NCBI GenBank assembly: GCA_963713605.1
Contig: CAVQMO010000005.1
Coordinates: 160,001 to 224,000 of the forward strand
Source of the DNA: an uncultured Nitrososphaerales archaeon
Lineage (GTDB): Archaea > Thermoproteota > Nitrososphaeria > Nitrososphaerales > Nitrososphaeraceae
Length of the DNA stretch: 64,000 nucleotides
Direction: 5' to 3'
Shown: positions 12,104 to 24,274 of the stretch, piece after piece
Layout of the letters: every line of letters begins with the position of its first letter
How positions within the stretch are numbered: position 1 is the stretch's first letter
Translations under genes and position numbers: made by a program
The notes under the pieces: model-generated
Told to the model about the DNA's origin: nothing
The model's input: the letters and a program-made list of their open reading frames with translations, nothing else
Databases searched by the model: none

Positions 12104-12507
12104 GAATTCTTATCGTAAGCCTTATTTTTCTAACGATGTTCTCTCTAAAGTAAGACCAAGTTCTAATATTCGATCAACGCGTTAAGGAGAATCTGGTCAT
12201 GGTATTTAGAGAAAATTAGAGAGGGGAATTATTGGTTAGCAAGTCAGCACTTCATTCTAGTACACTCAAATTATACATAACGTATAAAGTTATAGAAAGT
12301 TTTTCACGTAATATTGGAGCTTCATTAGCAAAATAGGTACCTTTTCCAATAATGATGAGTAGATAGTTCAAGAAGAGTCGATCTAAAATGAGAGTAAGAC
12401 CGTTTAGATAGAACCTTGTCATATTCTAAATACTTAACTCATTTCTGTAAAATAGTATCCTAATATTAATATTCATTACTGAAAACCTAGTTAATAGGAT
12501 TGGAACA

Positions 12508-12807
12508 GTGCTGCGGAATAATTTCATAGCAGTTATGATGGGGATATCTACGATGAGTTTTGTGGTGCTTACTATAATAAGCTCTTATGCCTTTGCTCAA
12601 AACGATTGCTCAGTTCAGGATAATGCAGCTTGTGCACAATCAGATCTGTCTTTGCCTGTTCCTTCAGAGAATGATATCGCGGCTCCAGGGTTACAACAAC
12701 AGCCAGGAGACCAATCACGTGATGCTGACGGAGATTCTATCGGTCAAGATGAGGAATCAGAAGATAGCGGTCATGATGGAAGTACTTTCCTTCTGCCATT
12801 CCCATGA
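12508..12807 (+). CDS. Small secreted acidic protein ending LLPFP
   Basis: Signal peptide ending AFA-Q, a Cys pair, a D/E-rich tail. Confidence 0.75.
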   Translation: MLRNNFIAVMMGISTMSFVVLTIISSYAFAQNDCSVQDNAACAQSDLSLPVPSENDIAAPGLQQQPGDQSRDADGDSIGQDEESEDSGHDGSTFLLPFP

Positions 12808-13081
12808 CTACCTGGCCGTGAGAAAGCCGATTCGAATTTGCTCCATCCCACTAGCTACAGTGAATGGTTATGATTTTACATTAAAACTAAGAAAAACTCG
12901 GAAACGCTCAATCATCACCTCGAGATTGAGGCGAAACGCATGCCATGCCGATACTGTTCACGACACTCACAATCTCACTCGAAATTATATTGAATATTAT
13001 CAAGCACTGTTCTTGATCGACTGTCATAGGCAGTGGAGTGAACCATTCACTTTGGACGGGACGGGCATACTCGTCATTAGC

Positions 13082-13513
13082 TTAATTGTCGTCGATACCC
13101 CAACTCCATTTTTTCGTAGGTGTTATTTTTATTAAATATACAGTCTCAAAATAGCCATATTCTTCTAAGGAAGCCCCCTGTCGTTTGGTGATCTCGGCGT
13201 CACCATACACTCTAACTCCTCGAGGGTGCCAGGGTTTGATGCTTTTTAAATCATCAATTACCAATGCGATTGAACTATTTCTGAGAACGTTCTTGTACTT
13301 GGTAGATCGAGACATATCGAATCCTCCAATGTAAAAATATTCACCGTCAAAGTGAAAACCAACAGGCACAACATCAGGTTGGACAATTTTCGAAAAACTA
13401 TCCTCTAATTTATTCACTGACCTTGCCTTCGCTTCAGCAACTGTCGCAATCCGTGCGATACTTTGAGATTTGATATACTCGACCTCTTTCCCGGAAAATA
13501 TCGATTTAATCAT
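13082..13513 (-). CDS. PPOX-class, probably F420-dependent oxidoreductase
   Basis: ARIATV..PDVVPVGF..KYKNV..ALVIDD..RGVRVYG..WSWGI. Confidence 0.85.
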   Translation of the reverse strand: MIKSIFSGKEVEYIKSQSIARIATVAEAKARSVNKLEDSFSKIVQPDVVPVGFHFDGEYFYIGGFDMSRSTKYKNVLRNSSIALVIDDLKSIKPWHPRGVRVYGDAEITKRQGASLEEYGYFETVYLIKITPTKKWSWGIDDN

Positions 13514-13551
13514 TAGATTCCGATTATTGCTTAGTTCTCATTACTTGTAAG

Positions 13552-14159
13552 TTAATTCATTGTTTTTTCGAGTCCAATTGGACTAGTAAACGTGGTCCCG
13601 CTGTCACGGCTTATGACTAAGTAAGGTGCTTGACTGCCAGTCTTATTATCCCAATAAGTGACGAATATGCTATCCATACCCCCGTCAGCATTATGAATAT
13701 CAATTTCAGGTCCTGTTGATGATCCGTTAGGTGAGTTGCTTAAATTAATTGGCGTGCCGAAGGTTTTTCCAGCATCAGAACTTTTTACAAAAAAGATTTC
13801 CCAATTCTGAGGCGTCGAAGTGGAGAGATTGGTCATTCTGTTAGCGCCAGACTTCCGCCGATACAAATGGCTTGGTGCTATTGTCTGGCCAGACTATAAA
13901 CACGCTATCACCACTGATCTTAATGGGTGCCAAAAGGATCGGTTGGACAGTAGAATTGTTTACGGCTATCCTTTCATTTGATAGTATAGGCAGCGGTACG
14001 ATTTGAATTAACAGTTGAATTTTGGTTGGTTGAGTTGATGACGGTCATACCGATAGCGTACTGTAGTCCCACAATAATCAAGAGCATTGAAATTACCGAA
14101 ACCAGAAGAATGGTCATTACAAATACATGATTTGGCATTAATAGGGTTTGGCCTTGCAT
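13552..14159 (-). CDS. Secreted BNR/Asp-box (sialidase-like) repeat protein (joined across two indels)
   Basis: SSDAGKTF and SRDSGTTF Asp-boxes; signal peptide in 13974..14159; bridging frame reads APIKISGDSVFIVWPDN. Confidence 0.75.
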
Positions 14160-14508
14160 GCATTTTCCTCTTTTTCTTTGCTTTAAGCTTTGTTTTCTTG
14201 CTCGATATTAAACTCTTCTGATACGGTCCAGCAATGATCTTAACTGACCTGATTTTGGAAGCAATTAATGAATCTGCTTTGTTTACTGCTATGAGAGGTA
14301 GACCACACCATTACTCCGGATTACTACCACATCCTGGAGTTTTGAATGATACAATTACTACTCTAACTACAGGACCTCGCCTGGGGTCAGACAAGAAAGA
14401 CTGACTATACAGATTCGTGTTCCAATGGGATAGGCTATCCTAAATGACAATACTACTTATTATGTTGCGATGAAATTATCCATAAGAGCGAGCAGAGATT
14501 ATTGACCA

Positions 14509-15888
14509 ATGAGATATCATCTTAGTCCAACAATGGTCAGAGTCATGTTAGTACTGCTAAGCATCCTGATAAGTTGTCACACCCCAATTGGACTCGAGGT
14601 AATTGATACTGGACTCTATGCTCAAGAGTCTTCAAATGTTGCGACGCCATCATCATCGTCTCCCTTTTTGGCTTCTACATCTGATGAGTTGTCTCCTTCC
14701 CCTATAATTCCTTTATTTTCTCGGCAAGAAGTAAATACTGGCGCAGGTAATGGAATACAAGTTTCCAGTACCGTTTCCAATTTCACGTCACTCTATGAAT
14801 ATGTTCAGGAGAGAGCCGACTATACTGGATTTTACGACAACTCAACCGATATCCAGACTATCACGTACTCTAACGCGAAGGGGAAAATTCTTAATGCGAC
14901 ACTGTGGCTCGGTGGGAAGGTGATGTCGAATCCATCAGTTTTAGGCGCTAAGGCTATAGTCTATGGAGTATTAGTGGATTCTGACAATAACCAAAATACA
15001 GGCAAATTTGGTGTCGACTTCCAACGAGAAATTCAATGGAATTCAACAATTGGAAACTGGAACAGTCTCTTAGTAGAATATTCTTCGCCAGAGCATTCAC
15101 GCACATTAGAGCTGGAAGGCAATTTTACTGGATTCTTTGACGAGAACCAGACACATGTTCTAATTCCACTTGAGCTAGAATCGATTACATCGCCATCTCG
15201 ATTCAAGGTTCTTTATTACGGCCTAGTAATTTATGGAGATACACCCATCCAAATAGATCAAGATAGTGATGATGAATCGACTTCGTCTCCTATCAATAAA
15301 GCGGCTGACAATGGCATATCCAAAATAGTTGTAGATCTTAGCAGTTGGATTGACATCCCTCCTCCCATCTATTCGTTTTTAACTACACCTTCTCCAATTG
15401 AAATCGTGCGCGGTGAGGAGAAAGAAGTAGGATTACAACTTGTGTCGAGCACTGGTACTCTTCCTAATTCTATTTCATTTTTGCCCGAAGCAGACTCTAC
15501 AGAAATCGAAATTCAAGAAATTAGCCCTGAAGCTGACAACGTTAGCTCGTCCATTAGCCAACCTGTTTCATTTAGGCTAAGGGTCCCAGAGGGAGCGAAC
15601 GTGGGATTCCACAGTGTGCCAGTGCTAGCGAACATATCAACAGGGACTCTATTTCCTTCAGAATTTATTGACCTGCCAGGTATGAATCTTTCAGTTCCAA
15701 CTGAGAATTTCGTTACCAAGTATGTTAACCTGACTTTTTCGGTGTTAGAACCACCTTCTACTCCGGAAATCCTTTATGATTTCTGGAGCTCTTATGGACT
15801 TTTGATATCCCTTGTGGCGGCAGGCTTTGTAGGTGGATTTTCTACCTACATGTTTGATTATGTAAGAAGCAAAAAGAAGAATAATTAA
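14509..15888 (+). CDS. Exported protein with C-terminal transmembrane anchor
   Basis: Signal peptide, beta-rich body, C-terminal TM helix followed by RSKKK. Confidence 0.75.
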   Translation: MRYHLSPTMVRVMLVLLSILISCHTPIGLEVIDTGLYAQESSNVATPSSSSPFLASTSDELSPSPIIPLFSRQEVNTGAGNGIQVSSTVSNFTSLYEYVQERADYTGFYDNSTDIQTITYSNAKGKILNATLWLGGKVMSNPSVLGAKAIVYGVLVDSDNNQNTGKFGVDFQREIQWNSTIGNWNSLLVEYSSPEHSRTLELEGNFTGFFDENQTHVLIPLELESITSPSRFKVLYYGLVIYGDTPIQIDQDSDDESTSSPINKAADNGISKIVVDLSSWIDIPPPIYSFLTTPSPIEIVRGEEKEVGLQLVSSTGTLPNSISFLPEADSTEIEIQEISPEADNVSSSISQPVSFRLRVPEGANVGFHSVPVLANISTGTLFPSEFIDLPGMNLSVPTENFVTKYVNLTFSVLEPPSTPEILYDFWSSYGLLISLVAAGFVGGFSTYMFDYVRSKKKNN

Positions 15889-16046
15889 AAAAATGAATTG
15901 CAAGGCCTCGGAATAATTTTGTTTCGAGCATACGAACGAATAAGGACGCAGGTTTGAGGTATAGGCCCAAATTTGAGATTGCAATTTAGTGTTACAACTT
16001 AACCTTCATATATCTTGAATGAATGTAGGATACAATTAGGATAAAT

Positions 16047-16280
16047 ATGGCATGTAAGGGGCTGTGCACAAGGTATAGGGCTCAGAAGCGTTATGGTGTG
16101 GGGAGATATGTGAGTGGTCAGAAGCGGTGTCAAATTTGTGAGGTTTTTGTGAATTGGTCAGGACTATGGTGTCCTTGCTGTAGACAAAGGTTAAGGCTCA
16201 AACCCCGTCTAATGAAGTTCAAAACAAGGATCCAGTCCCAATTTGTCGATGGTCCGATTCAAATTTCTCCACCTACCTAG
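16047..16280 (+). CDS. Small Cys-rich putative zinc-finger protein
   Basis: CKGLC..RCQIC..WCPCC..RLRLKPR; TATA-like element upstream. Confidence 0.75.
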   Translation: MACKGLCTRYRAQKRYGVGRYVSGQKRCQICEVFVNWSGLWCPCCRQRLRLKPRLMKFKTRIQSQFVDGPIQISPPT

Positions 16281-16987
16281 AAAATACAGAAAAACAGAAG
16301 CTGGTTCCAATTAAGCATTTACGCCTTAATTCGAGATATTGATAGTATAAGTAAAAGAACTATTAGTGATGACTTATCTAACAAGAATGCCAAGTAGTAA
16401 ATTCGCGAGTGTTTAACTTTCATTAACTGAAGCAAAAACTGATTGAATATCATTTTGACAGCTAAGTTAGCATAGAGTCTCAAGAAGCTGGCCTCAAATT
16501 AGTTCTGAACTACCTCACTAAGTACTGCCACCAGCACATTGACTTTCTTGGCCATTTTTAGGATACTCCTTCGTTCCCGATTGTGTTCACAAATTTTGAT
16601 TCTGGCTCTATGTTTCCGCAGGATTACCTTGATCGATGAATTTTTCCCGCCGCCTAGTAAAGCGATGTGAACTGGTTTTCATAGGAGGCACCATGTGGAT
16701 GTCGCAATTGAATGAAATAAGAAATTAGTTATTTGATTTACAAGATTATCGTTTATCGGTCAAATGCGTACGTACAGTAATAACTAATACTAAAACAAAC
16801 TACTAGGGAGATATCATTCTCAACCAATCGGCGGACAAAAGTAATATCAAGTTGATTGGGAGCATGGGCTTTGAATACATTCTTCGCGGTAAACGGCTTC
16901 CGGAAGTGTCATACAGCTATAATATGATAAAAATAGTACGATCAAGATATCCATAATTAGGTTGTATGCATACCTTATTGTGAATGA

Positions 16988-17200
16988 ATGAAGCCGGAGG
17001 GTAGGCTAGGAAAATTTTGGGAGGATTTTCTCCAAGCAGAGGCAAGAAGGCACTTTGAAGAGTTATCATCTATTTCGTACGAATTAATTGCGGGTAGGAC
17101 CAATTATTGTCCTAAGCATGAAGAGATGTATCTGAAGCTTCTCAGAAGAGACATGGTATGGCTAATGGGTGATATGATATGGTTCAAAGACAAAGAGTAG
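16988..17200 (+). CDS. Small hypothetical protein
   Basis: ATG-started 70-aa frame with plausible composition only. Confidence 0.4.
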   Translation: MKPEGRLGKFWEDFLQAEARRHFEELSSISYELIAGRTNYCPKHEEMYLKLLRRDMVWLMGDMIWFKDKE

Positions 17201-17401
17201 CGTTCTAAAATGATCAGTATGTTGCTCCGCAAATTAATTGCATTGAATTTCAAATGGTCGATTCCTGTAGACCATCCTAATTAGCATAAGGTTAATTGAA
17301 TGTAGGAAAATATTGGGAGACGGAGTTTAGACTCATCTTCAAGATTGTCAGTTTTGATGAATGCTGCCTCGGCACAAGATATGAAGATCAGATTGTACGT
17401 C

Positions 17402-18127
17402 CTAGTACACCCCGCCTTCATCCATCCTATTTGCTTTTCTCTCTGGAATAATTCTACTTTTTACCATAAGCTTGGTAAGCGTTACGCCCGCCAAAAATCC
17501 TCCAATATGAGCAGTGAATGCAATGGGAATCGAAGCTAATGAACCTACGAACGCAAAAACTATTTGAATTATAAGCCAGTAGTATGCGCTTCGGTTTCCC
17601 ATTGCTGCAGCTATACCTAATACCCCCGAAATAGCACCTGATGCCCCTATCAATAATGTCTGACCGCTGCCCAAAACATAAGAGGCTATTACCCCATGGA
17701 ACAAGGCTGCACATATGCCAGATAAAAAATAGATTACAACATATCTACCTTTTCCAATTGACCTCTCTGAGTAACCTCCAATATATGCTAAGGCAGCCAG
17801 GTTGAAGACAATATGAGTAACACTGGCATGGATAAACATGGAAGACACCAATGGTACCAGAGTAGAAGTTGCACCATTTTCTAGGCTTGTCGAATCTACT
17901 TGAAACGTGTGGGACTGGCGAGGACTATCTACACTATTTCTTTCAAATACAGAATCAGGAACAAATCCGAAGTTTCTGATTATCCAGGTATGACTATCGG
18001 TGAGAGAACCAAACGCAAAAACCAGGAGATTTAATGCAATTAATGAAATAGTAGCAACTGGAAGTGTTTGAATGTTCATTGGCTGGAAGTGGCTTAAGGT
18101 TTTGGAACAATGTATCACCGCACCCAT
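17402..18127 (-). CDS. Rhomboid family intramembrane serine protease
   Basis: SMFIH..HIVFN, GASGA, AHIGG. Confidence 0.92.
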   Translation of the reverse strand: MGAVIHCSKTLSHFQPMNIQTLPVATISLIALNLLVFAFGSLTDSHTWIIRNFGFVPDSVFERNSVDSPRQSHTFQVDSTSLENGATSTLVPLVSSMFIHASVTHIVFNLAALAYIGGYSERSIGKGRYVVIYFLSGICAALFHGVIASYVLGSGQTLLIGASGAISGVLGIAAAMGNRSAYYWLIIQIVFAFVGSLASIPIAFTAHIGGFLAGVTLTKLMVKSRIIPERKANRMDEGGVY

Positions 18128-18377
18128 ATATAGTTACTATGATTTCCTTGATCCATAACTAACTCTATAGGCGAAGCTGTTCGCAGAATCAATCCATGAA
18201 TGTACATAAAATAACTTTAACTAAATTTCCATGAAATAGCTCATTTGTAAAGCGAAAATGTCTCTTGAATCAGCGGTGGTAATAATGATTCCACAGAATT
18301 ACCCATTAGTGGCTACTAATAGGTACTTTCTTTTTTTTAACATAATAATTTACTAGTTACTTTCAGAAAGTAATCAT

Positions 18378-19187
18378 ATGAAAAGAGTAAGGAGGCCAAA
18401 AACAAAATACGCCGTCGTCGACAATTTGACTATTCGCTATCAAGATAGTGCCACGATCGGAGCAAAGACCTTAGTATTTCTTCACGGCTTAGGCGGGTCC
18501 ATCGAAAGCTGGGACAATAATACGGGTAAGCTGGCTACAAAGTATAGGACTTTCGCCTTTGACCTTCCAGGGTTTGGACTTAGCGACAAACCACAAAGGA
18601 AATATACTGTAGAATTTTTTTCATCGTTCGTTATACGCGCAGTTCATGAACTAAATGTCGGGCTTCCAATTAATATCATAGGATCATCACTCGGAGGCCA
18701 AATCGCCGCTAATATTACTATAACAAACCCAAATGAAGTGAGCAAGCTAATACTCATAAGTCCTGCAGGCTTTACTCCCAAATCCTTTTCAGGTTCTCCT
18801 GGGCTTCAAAAATATGTCGGCATTATTAACAGTACCTCTAAGGCAGAAATTAAGAAAGCATTGTCTGAGACCACCACTGTGCAAGTCAGGGGCAAAGATG
18901 TCTCTATGGTCCAAAAAAGAATGTCAATGCCAGGAGCTAAAGATGCATTTGTTTCTGCCCTGAAATATAGTACCACTGCTAGAAGAATCAATATCGATAA
19001 GATAAAATCACCTACGTTTGTTATTTGGGGAAAAGAAGATCATGTAATCCCAGTCAGGTTCGTACTTCCCTTTTTAAAGATGAAAAACTGCCGGTTGTAC
19101 TTATTAGAGAATTGTGGTCATAGGCCACATGTTGAAAAGCCGATATTAATCAACGAAATCATTAAAGGATTTATTGAGGATAATTAG
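18378..19187 (+). CDS. Alpha/beta-fold hydrolase
   Basis: FLHGLGG, DLPGFGLS, GSSLGG, WGKED, CGHRPH. Confidence 0.92.
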   Translation: MKRVRRPKTKYAVVDNLTIRYQDSATIGAKTLVFLHGLGGSIESWDNNTGKLATKYRTFAFDLPGFGLSDKPQRKYTVEFFSSFVIRAVHELNVGLPINIIGSSLGGQIAANITITNPNEVSKLILISPAGFTPKSFSGSPGLQKYVGIINSTSKAEIKKALSETTTVQVRGKDVSMVQKRMSMPGAKDAFVSALKYSTTARRINIDKIKSPTFVIWGKEDHVIPVRFVLPFLKMKNCRLYLLENCGHRPHVEKPILINEIIKGFIEDN

Positions 19188-19269
19188 GAGAATTTATTTT
19201 TAGATCCATTTCTACTGCATATTAGAGGAAAGGAGCTTTATATCATGGCATTCCGTTTATTTTTTTGGT

Positions 19270-19873
19270 ATTGTCAGAGCGTAATAAATTAAAATCTTAC
19301 TTGGAGTTTTTTTTCTGTGTGTGTTAGTAGAATGTTCACTATGGACATTTCACGATATTCGCATATTTGCACAAGGAACAACCTGGGCGGAGCACGATCT
19401 AGCCGCAAGAATCGAATGTTATTTATTTTCAAAGTTATAATGAGATTGGAGATGACGAAGTAGCGGTACTTCCAATTTCCAAAGGATACGCGCACGGGAA
19501 AGTTGCATACTTTGTTGCAACAGACGCTTCAAACAATGAAACTGCCAATTCAATCTTTGAGAACACTGGTTGGCGCGTGAATTTTGCTCCTCTTCTGACA
19601 CAGTTACCTATTAACGAACTAAGCCAGGGTTACGAATTTTTGAATGGTATAATGGGTCAAGGGGCCTTTGGTTTTCAGCTTCCTGTTGCAAGCAGCATCC
19701 CTGACGATGAGAATTATAGCCCTCTGGTTCATCTTAACCTTGTCAGATGGAATGAAAATGCGACGACAAGCATTCTGAAGTCTGCACCAGAAATCATTTT
19801 GGCAAATCACAAAGGAGACCTCCAGATCATTCCTACAAATATCACAATAAACAGCCCGGCTGTGATCTGGTAG
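19270..19873 (+). CDS. Secreted hypothetical protein (5' part frameshifted near 19400; start uncertain)
   Basis: The frame of 19577..19873 is open back to ~19403 (LPISKGYAHGKVAYFVATDAS..YSPL..NSP). A hydrophobic signal-like segment lies upstream in another frame. Confidence 0.55.
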
Positions 19874-20246
19874 CGTATAAGGTAAGTTTGGACCATTGGA
19901 TTGACTTATAATCTTTTTTTCCATTCGGATGAATAGGCATAATCGAGTGCAATCACCTGATTCAGGACAGATTATCTCCTCTGAGGACAGGATATAGTCT
20001 TCTCACGGTCCCACTTATATTGAAACGTTATTACCAACAAGATATCTCTTCCTGTCATAACCCACTTTAACTTAGCAATTGTAGCGAAGAGGTGGTTCAC
20101 TGATGACCCACTCATTGTGTCCCGGAGGAATCACCGCGCAGTTTCAAAATACGTTTGTCTTCATGAAATACTATACCTAATTCAAAGTAGCTTGATTCGC
20201 ATACAAAAAAATATGAAGAGGCTGCTACTTTAATATTAATTAAGAA

Positions 20247-21233
20247 TTGAATATAGTGGGACTTTCGCAAGGTCTATCATTTAGAGAATCATTATCGAAA
20301 AAGTTAGAGGAGTACAATCTCGAGATCAAATACGTTGGGCCTGATAAATCTTTAATATCACAAATTGCCCCTGCTCAAATTATCGTAAATGGTTTCCATG
20401 TGATAGACAAATCAGTAATCGAAAGTTGTCCTGACCTTAAACTCATACAGCAATCAGGGATTGGAGTAGATAATATCGACATTAAATATTGCTCTACGAA
20501 GGGGATCTATGTAGCAAATGTTCCGCTTGCTAATGCAATCTCTGTTGCGGAACATACTCTTTTTCTTATCTTCCTCTTGTCCAAGAATGTGTCTATCTGG
20601 ACTAGGCACTCAACTCCAGCAATAAGCCTGTTGCATACAAGATCGAAAACTACTGCAGGTATGGAGTTACATGGTAAGACATTGGCAATTATTGGTTTAG
20701 GAGTAACTGGCATAGAAGTTGCAAAGATTGCACGAGGACTAGGCATGAGAGTGGAAGCCGTGACCAAACATCCTTCTACGAAAAGTCAGGGGTATGATAA
20801 GAGATACTTTGTTGACGAATTGGCCGGCATAGACCGTCTTCCGGAGGTCTTGGCCAGAGCGGATATTGTTTCAATTCATACCCCACTAACAGAAGAGACC
20901 AGAGATATGATCGGGGAGAAGGAATTTAGTGCGATGAAAAAATCTGCTTACTTGGTAAATGTTGCACGAGCCAGGATAGTAAACAAGGATGAACTCTTCA
21001 ATGCTTTGAGTGATCAAAGAATTGCAGGAGCTGCATTTGATGTGTTTTGGGATGAACCTCCTGATCCGACAGACAGGATTCTTTCACTGGAAAATTTTAT
21101 ACTTACGCCGCATATTGCAGGCTGGACTGCTGAAGCAATTGAGGCTATTACTACAATAATTTCGATAAATATCGAAAGGGTTTCGCGCGGAGAAGCGCCT
21201 CTTACAATTGTCAACAAGGAATTATTGAGATGA
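20247..21233 (+). CDS. D-isomer-specific 2-hydroxyacid dehydrogenase
   Basis: GIGVDNID, GLGVTG, NVAR, FDVF..EP, TPHIAG. Confidence 0.92.
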   Translation: MNIVGLSQGLSFRESLSKKLEEYNLEIKYVGPDKSLISQIAPAQIIVNGFHVIDKSVIESCPDLKLIQQSGIGVDNIDIKYCSTKGIYVANVPLANAISVAEHTLFLIFLLSKNVSIWTRHSTPAISLLHTRSKTTAGMELHGKTLAIIGLGVTGIEVAKIARGLGMRVEAVTKHPSTKSQGYDKRYFVDELAGIDRLPEVLARADIVSIHTPLTEETRDMIGEKEFSAMKKSAYLVNVARARIVNKDELFNALSDQRIAGAAFDVFWDEPPDPTDRILSLENFILTPHIAGWTAEAIEAITTIISINIERVSRGEAPLTIVNKELLR

Positions 21234-21587
21234 ATGGCGACGACCTTTACTGCCATGGGGTATTTGCATAATTTTAGGAAGTGTTGTCTGAATTGTCGGG
21301 AAAGTAATCCATTTTGCCATCGATCGGTTATGATGTCGTTAGCACTGTTCTTGGTGGGGAAAAATCGGACATCGTTAACATTTCTCTGTATGATATGCGA
21401 GTCGAATAAATTATACAGGCTAGTTACCTCCCGACCCCCCCTTTTCAAAGATTGGACGAACTAATTTCAAGAGATGCAAGTAAATAGAGGTTCAGCTTAG
21501 ATGGTATCCCTAGGAAAGAATACTCTAGAAACCTGTTCTAGCATAGGTAAAAGAGACAGTACCGATTTCAAATCGCCATCTAATTTC

Positions 21588-22839
21588 TCATAAATTACCA
21601 ACCGGAAGTTTCTTCTCTTTGAGTACTTCCATTAACAATCCCAGGTCGTAGATATTCTTCAGATCCGGTTTATTTCCCCTTCCTATCAAACTTAGATCAT
21701 AGGCGTCATCTGCCATTCTAAAAAGTGATTCTTCAATTGGATCATAGGTAAATTCTAACCTTCGCAGTGCATCCCTCAACTCATCATCAGGGTACTGTAT
21801 TACCAGTAATCCGCTCGAGTCCATCATTAAATGCGTGTATGAACTGCTCGACGCCATCATTATCAAATTCATCATTATTTGTTTGATTCTCAGCATTCCC
21901 TGAAATTCCACCGACATTGGTTTTCCGCAAATCCTTTAGAGTATCATTTATCCACATTGTCTCATCAATCTGGGCACTGATCAACCTTTTTATTATGTCT
22001 GGATTATTCTTGAGATAGTCAGTTCTAACGATAATGTTCGTCGTTACAAATTTGCCATCTGGCGGCCACAGATCCCTCTCATCTACAAATATCCTACCGT
22101 TGGATTCTTTGACGAGACGCGCTCCCCATGGTTCAGGAACCCATGCGCCATCGATTTCTTTCTTGAGCATCAGCGTAAGAATGTCCGATGGTTTTACTGG
22201 AACCACTGTAACATTGCCACCATTCTCCACTGTTTCGTAGCCGTTGTGAATCAGATATTTTCTTAACGCTACGTCCTGAGTATTTCCTAATTGAGGAGAA
22301 GCAAATTTCTTTCCGCCAAGGTCGGTTGCGGATAGTATACCAGAATCGTTTCTCACCACAAATACGGCCCCCCCGCTAGCAGATCCGGAAATTATTCTAA
22401 GATCCTCACCGTTGGATGCTAGGTAACCATTTATTGCAGGATTGGGTCCAACGTATGCCACATCGATTTGACCTGCATATAATGCTTCAATAGCTGATGG
22501 ACCAGCGCTAAACACATATTCTTTTATGTTGGTACCCTTACCCCCTCCTTCACTGCTATTAGAGTTAGTTTCTGACAGTGCCTTTTGGAAGTGCCCATTT
22601 GCTAATCCAATGATTACTTGAGCATGATTTAGATTGGGAAAATAGCCCAATCGCAACTCGTTCGATCGGGAACCTGACTCCTGTACTACTGCTTCTCGGA
22701 GGGATTTATTGTCACCACTATGAGCACCACCAATTAAGGAGTTAGTCATGCTCAACAAGAGATCCGAATTAAATTGTGAGCTAACGGCTACTACAAGGAT
22801 GATTACGCCCGATAATAAGAATTTAGTCCTTACCTTCAT
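21588..22839 (-). CDS. SsuA-like ABC substrate-binding protein (joined across indel ~21797)
   Basis: LGYFPNLNH, GPNPAING, PQLGNTQD, WVPEPW; C-terminus continues in 21588..21917. Confidence 0.88.
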
Positions 22840-23407
22840 AGTTACCTATCAAATCCTCCTTGAAATATTCTGCCTCTCCAATTTTAGTGGTGTATTTAGA
22901 TCAGTTACGTCAACCAATATTATCTGTTTGAATTGTACGAATCAACCAAAATATGTGCCTCTCCTCCTTGGATCATATCAAGGACTGAATGAAATTACTT
23001 TGAATGGAATTAATACTGAACTCAAACATTGCTATTCCTGATGCCATGAGGATACTGCTTTTATCTCGATACTAGAAGAATATTTTTTGCCTGTTTGAGG
23101 GCACACTTTAGGCGTCTGCAGATAAGTCTTATTGAGCGAAGTATATGCAATCAATTCATCAAACAATTCAATTTGTCATATTTGAAGGCAATTATATATC
23201 CTGGTTTAGACTTGTCTTTAAGAAATGCCACATTTCGGTAATACCGAATTTTTCCGTACTTCAAATTCGGACACTTTGCTCATTAGCAATCGTGCAAGAT
23301 GCCCCTTAAAGTCAAATGATATCCCAAATTTAATCCGTTGTGCTCTGATTGAGGCCTATTGGAATGCACGACTCTTGAATTAAGGTTGAATTAAGTAACC
23401 CAACAAG

Positions 23408-24274
23408 ATGCAAAAGCGTGATTCTAGTGGAAGAGGCGAAACAATCCTGACCATTACTTCTGGTGCATCACCGATCAATCAAAAAAGAAAGATCAAGCTA
23501 GATATTGAGGATCTTGCTAATGTAACCCTATTCATTGCCGCCTTCTTAGGGATATGGCAACTAGTCTTCATGTTAGGGATATGGCCTCACGTGTCGTTGC
23601 CATCTCCAGCCATGGTTGCGGGATCCTTTGTTGACTTGGTCAAGAATTTGACCTTGATCATAAGTATTGCAGTAACCATGTACCGCCTTGTTATTGGCTT
23701 TGCCTTGTCAATTATCATCGGAGTTTCAGTTGGTTTAGCAATGGTAAAATTCCCTGGCTTCGGTAAAACTATGAGCTCTTTTGCTGTTGGCTTACAATCA
23801 TTTCCTAGCGTAGCATGGGTACCATTCGCTATACTATTAATAGGACTCAACGACGCAGGAATACTTTTCGTCGTGATTATGAGCCTCTGTCTTCTCGGTC
23901 ATGATGTCCACATATGGAGGTATAAGAAACATATCACCGATCTATATCCGTGCCAAAAAATATGGGTGCCAAAGGTTTCTCTTTGTTCAGGTATGTCATG
24001 ATTCCTGCAGCTACACCATCGCTGATCGTTGGAATAAAACAAGCATGGTCATTTGCGTGGCATGCATTAATAGGTGCAGAAATATTGATAACTGCTGCCA
24101 GTTGGATTAGGTCATATTCTATTGGTGGGTAGAGAGTTCCAACTCATGGATCAGATAATCGCATCTATGATCACCATATTCGCCATCGGACTTGTGTTTG
24201 ACCGTGTCCTTTTTTCGAAACTAGAGGATAGTGTAAGAGAAAGGTGGGGGTTGAATCAAGAGGGAGGGAACTAA
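23408..24274 (+). CDS. SsuC-like ABC permease (joined across three indels)
   Basis: LPSP, LQSFPSVAWVP, WHALIGAE; restored tail GLGHIL..ERWG. Confidence 0.85.
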
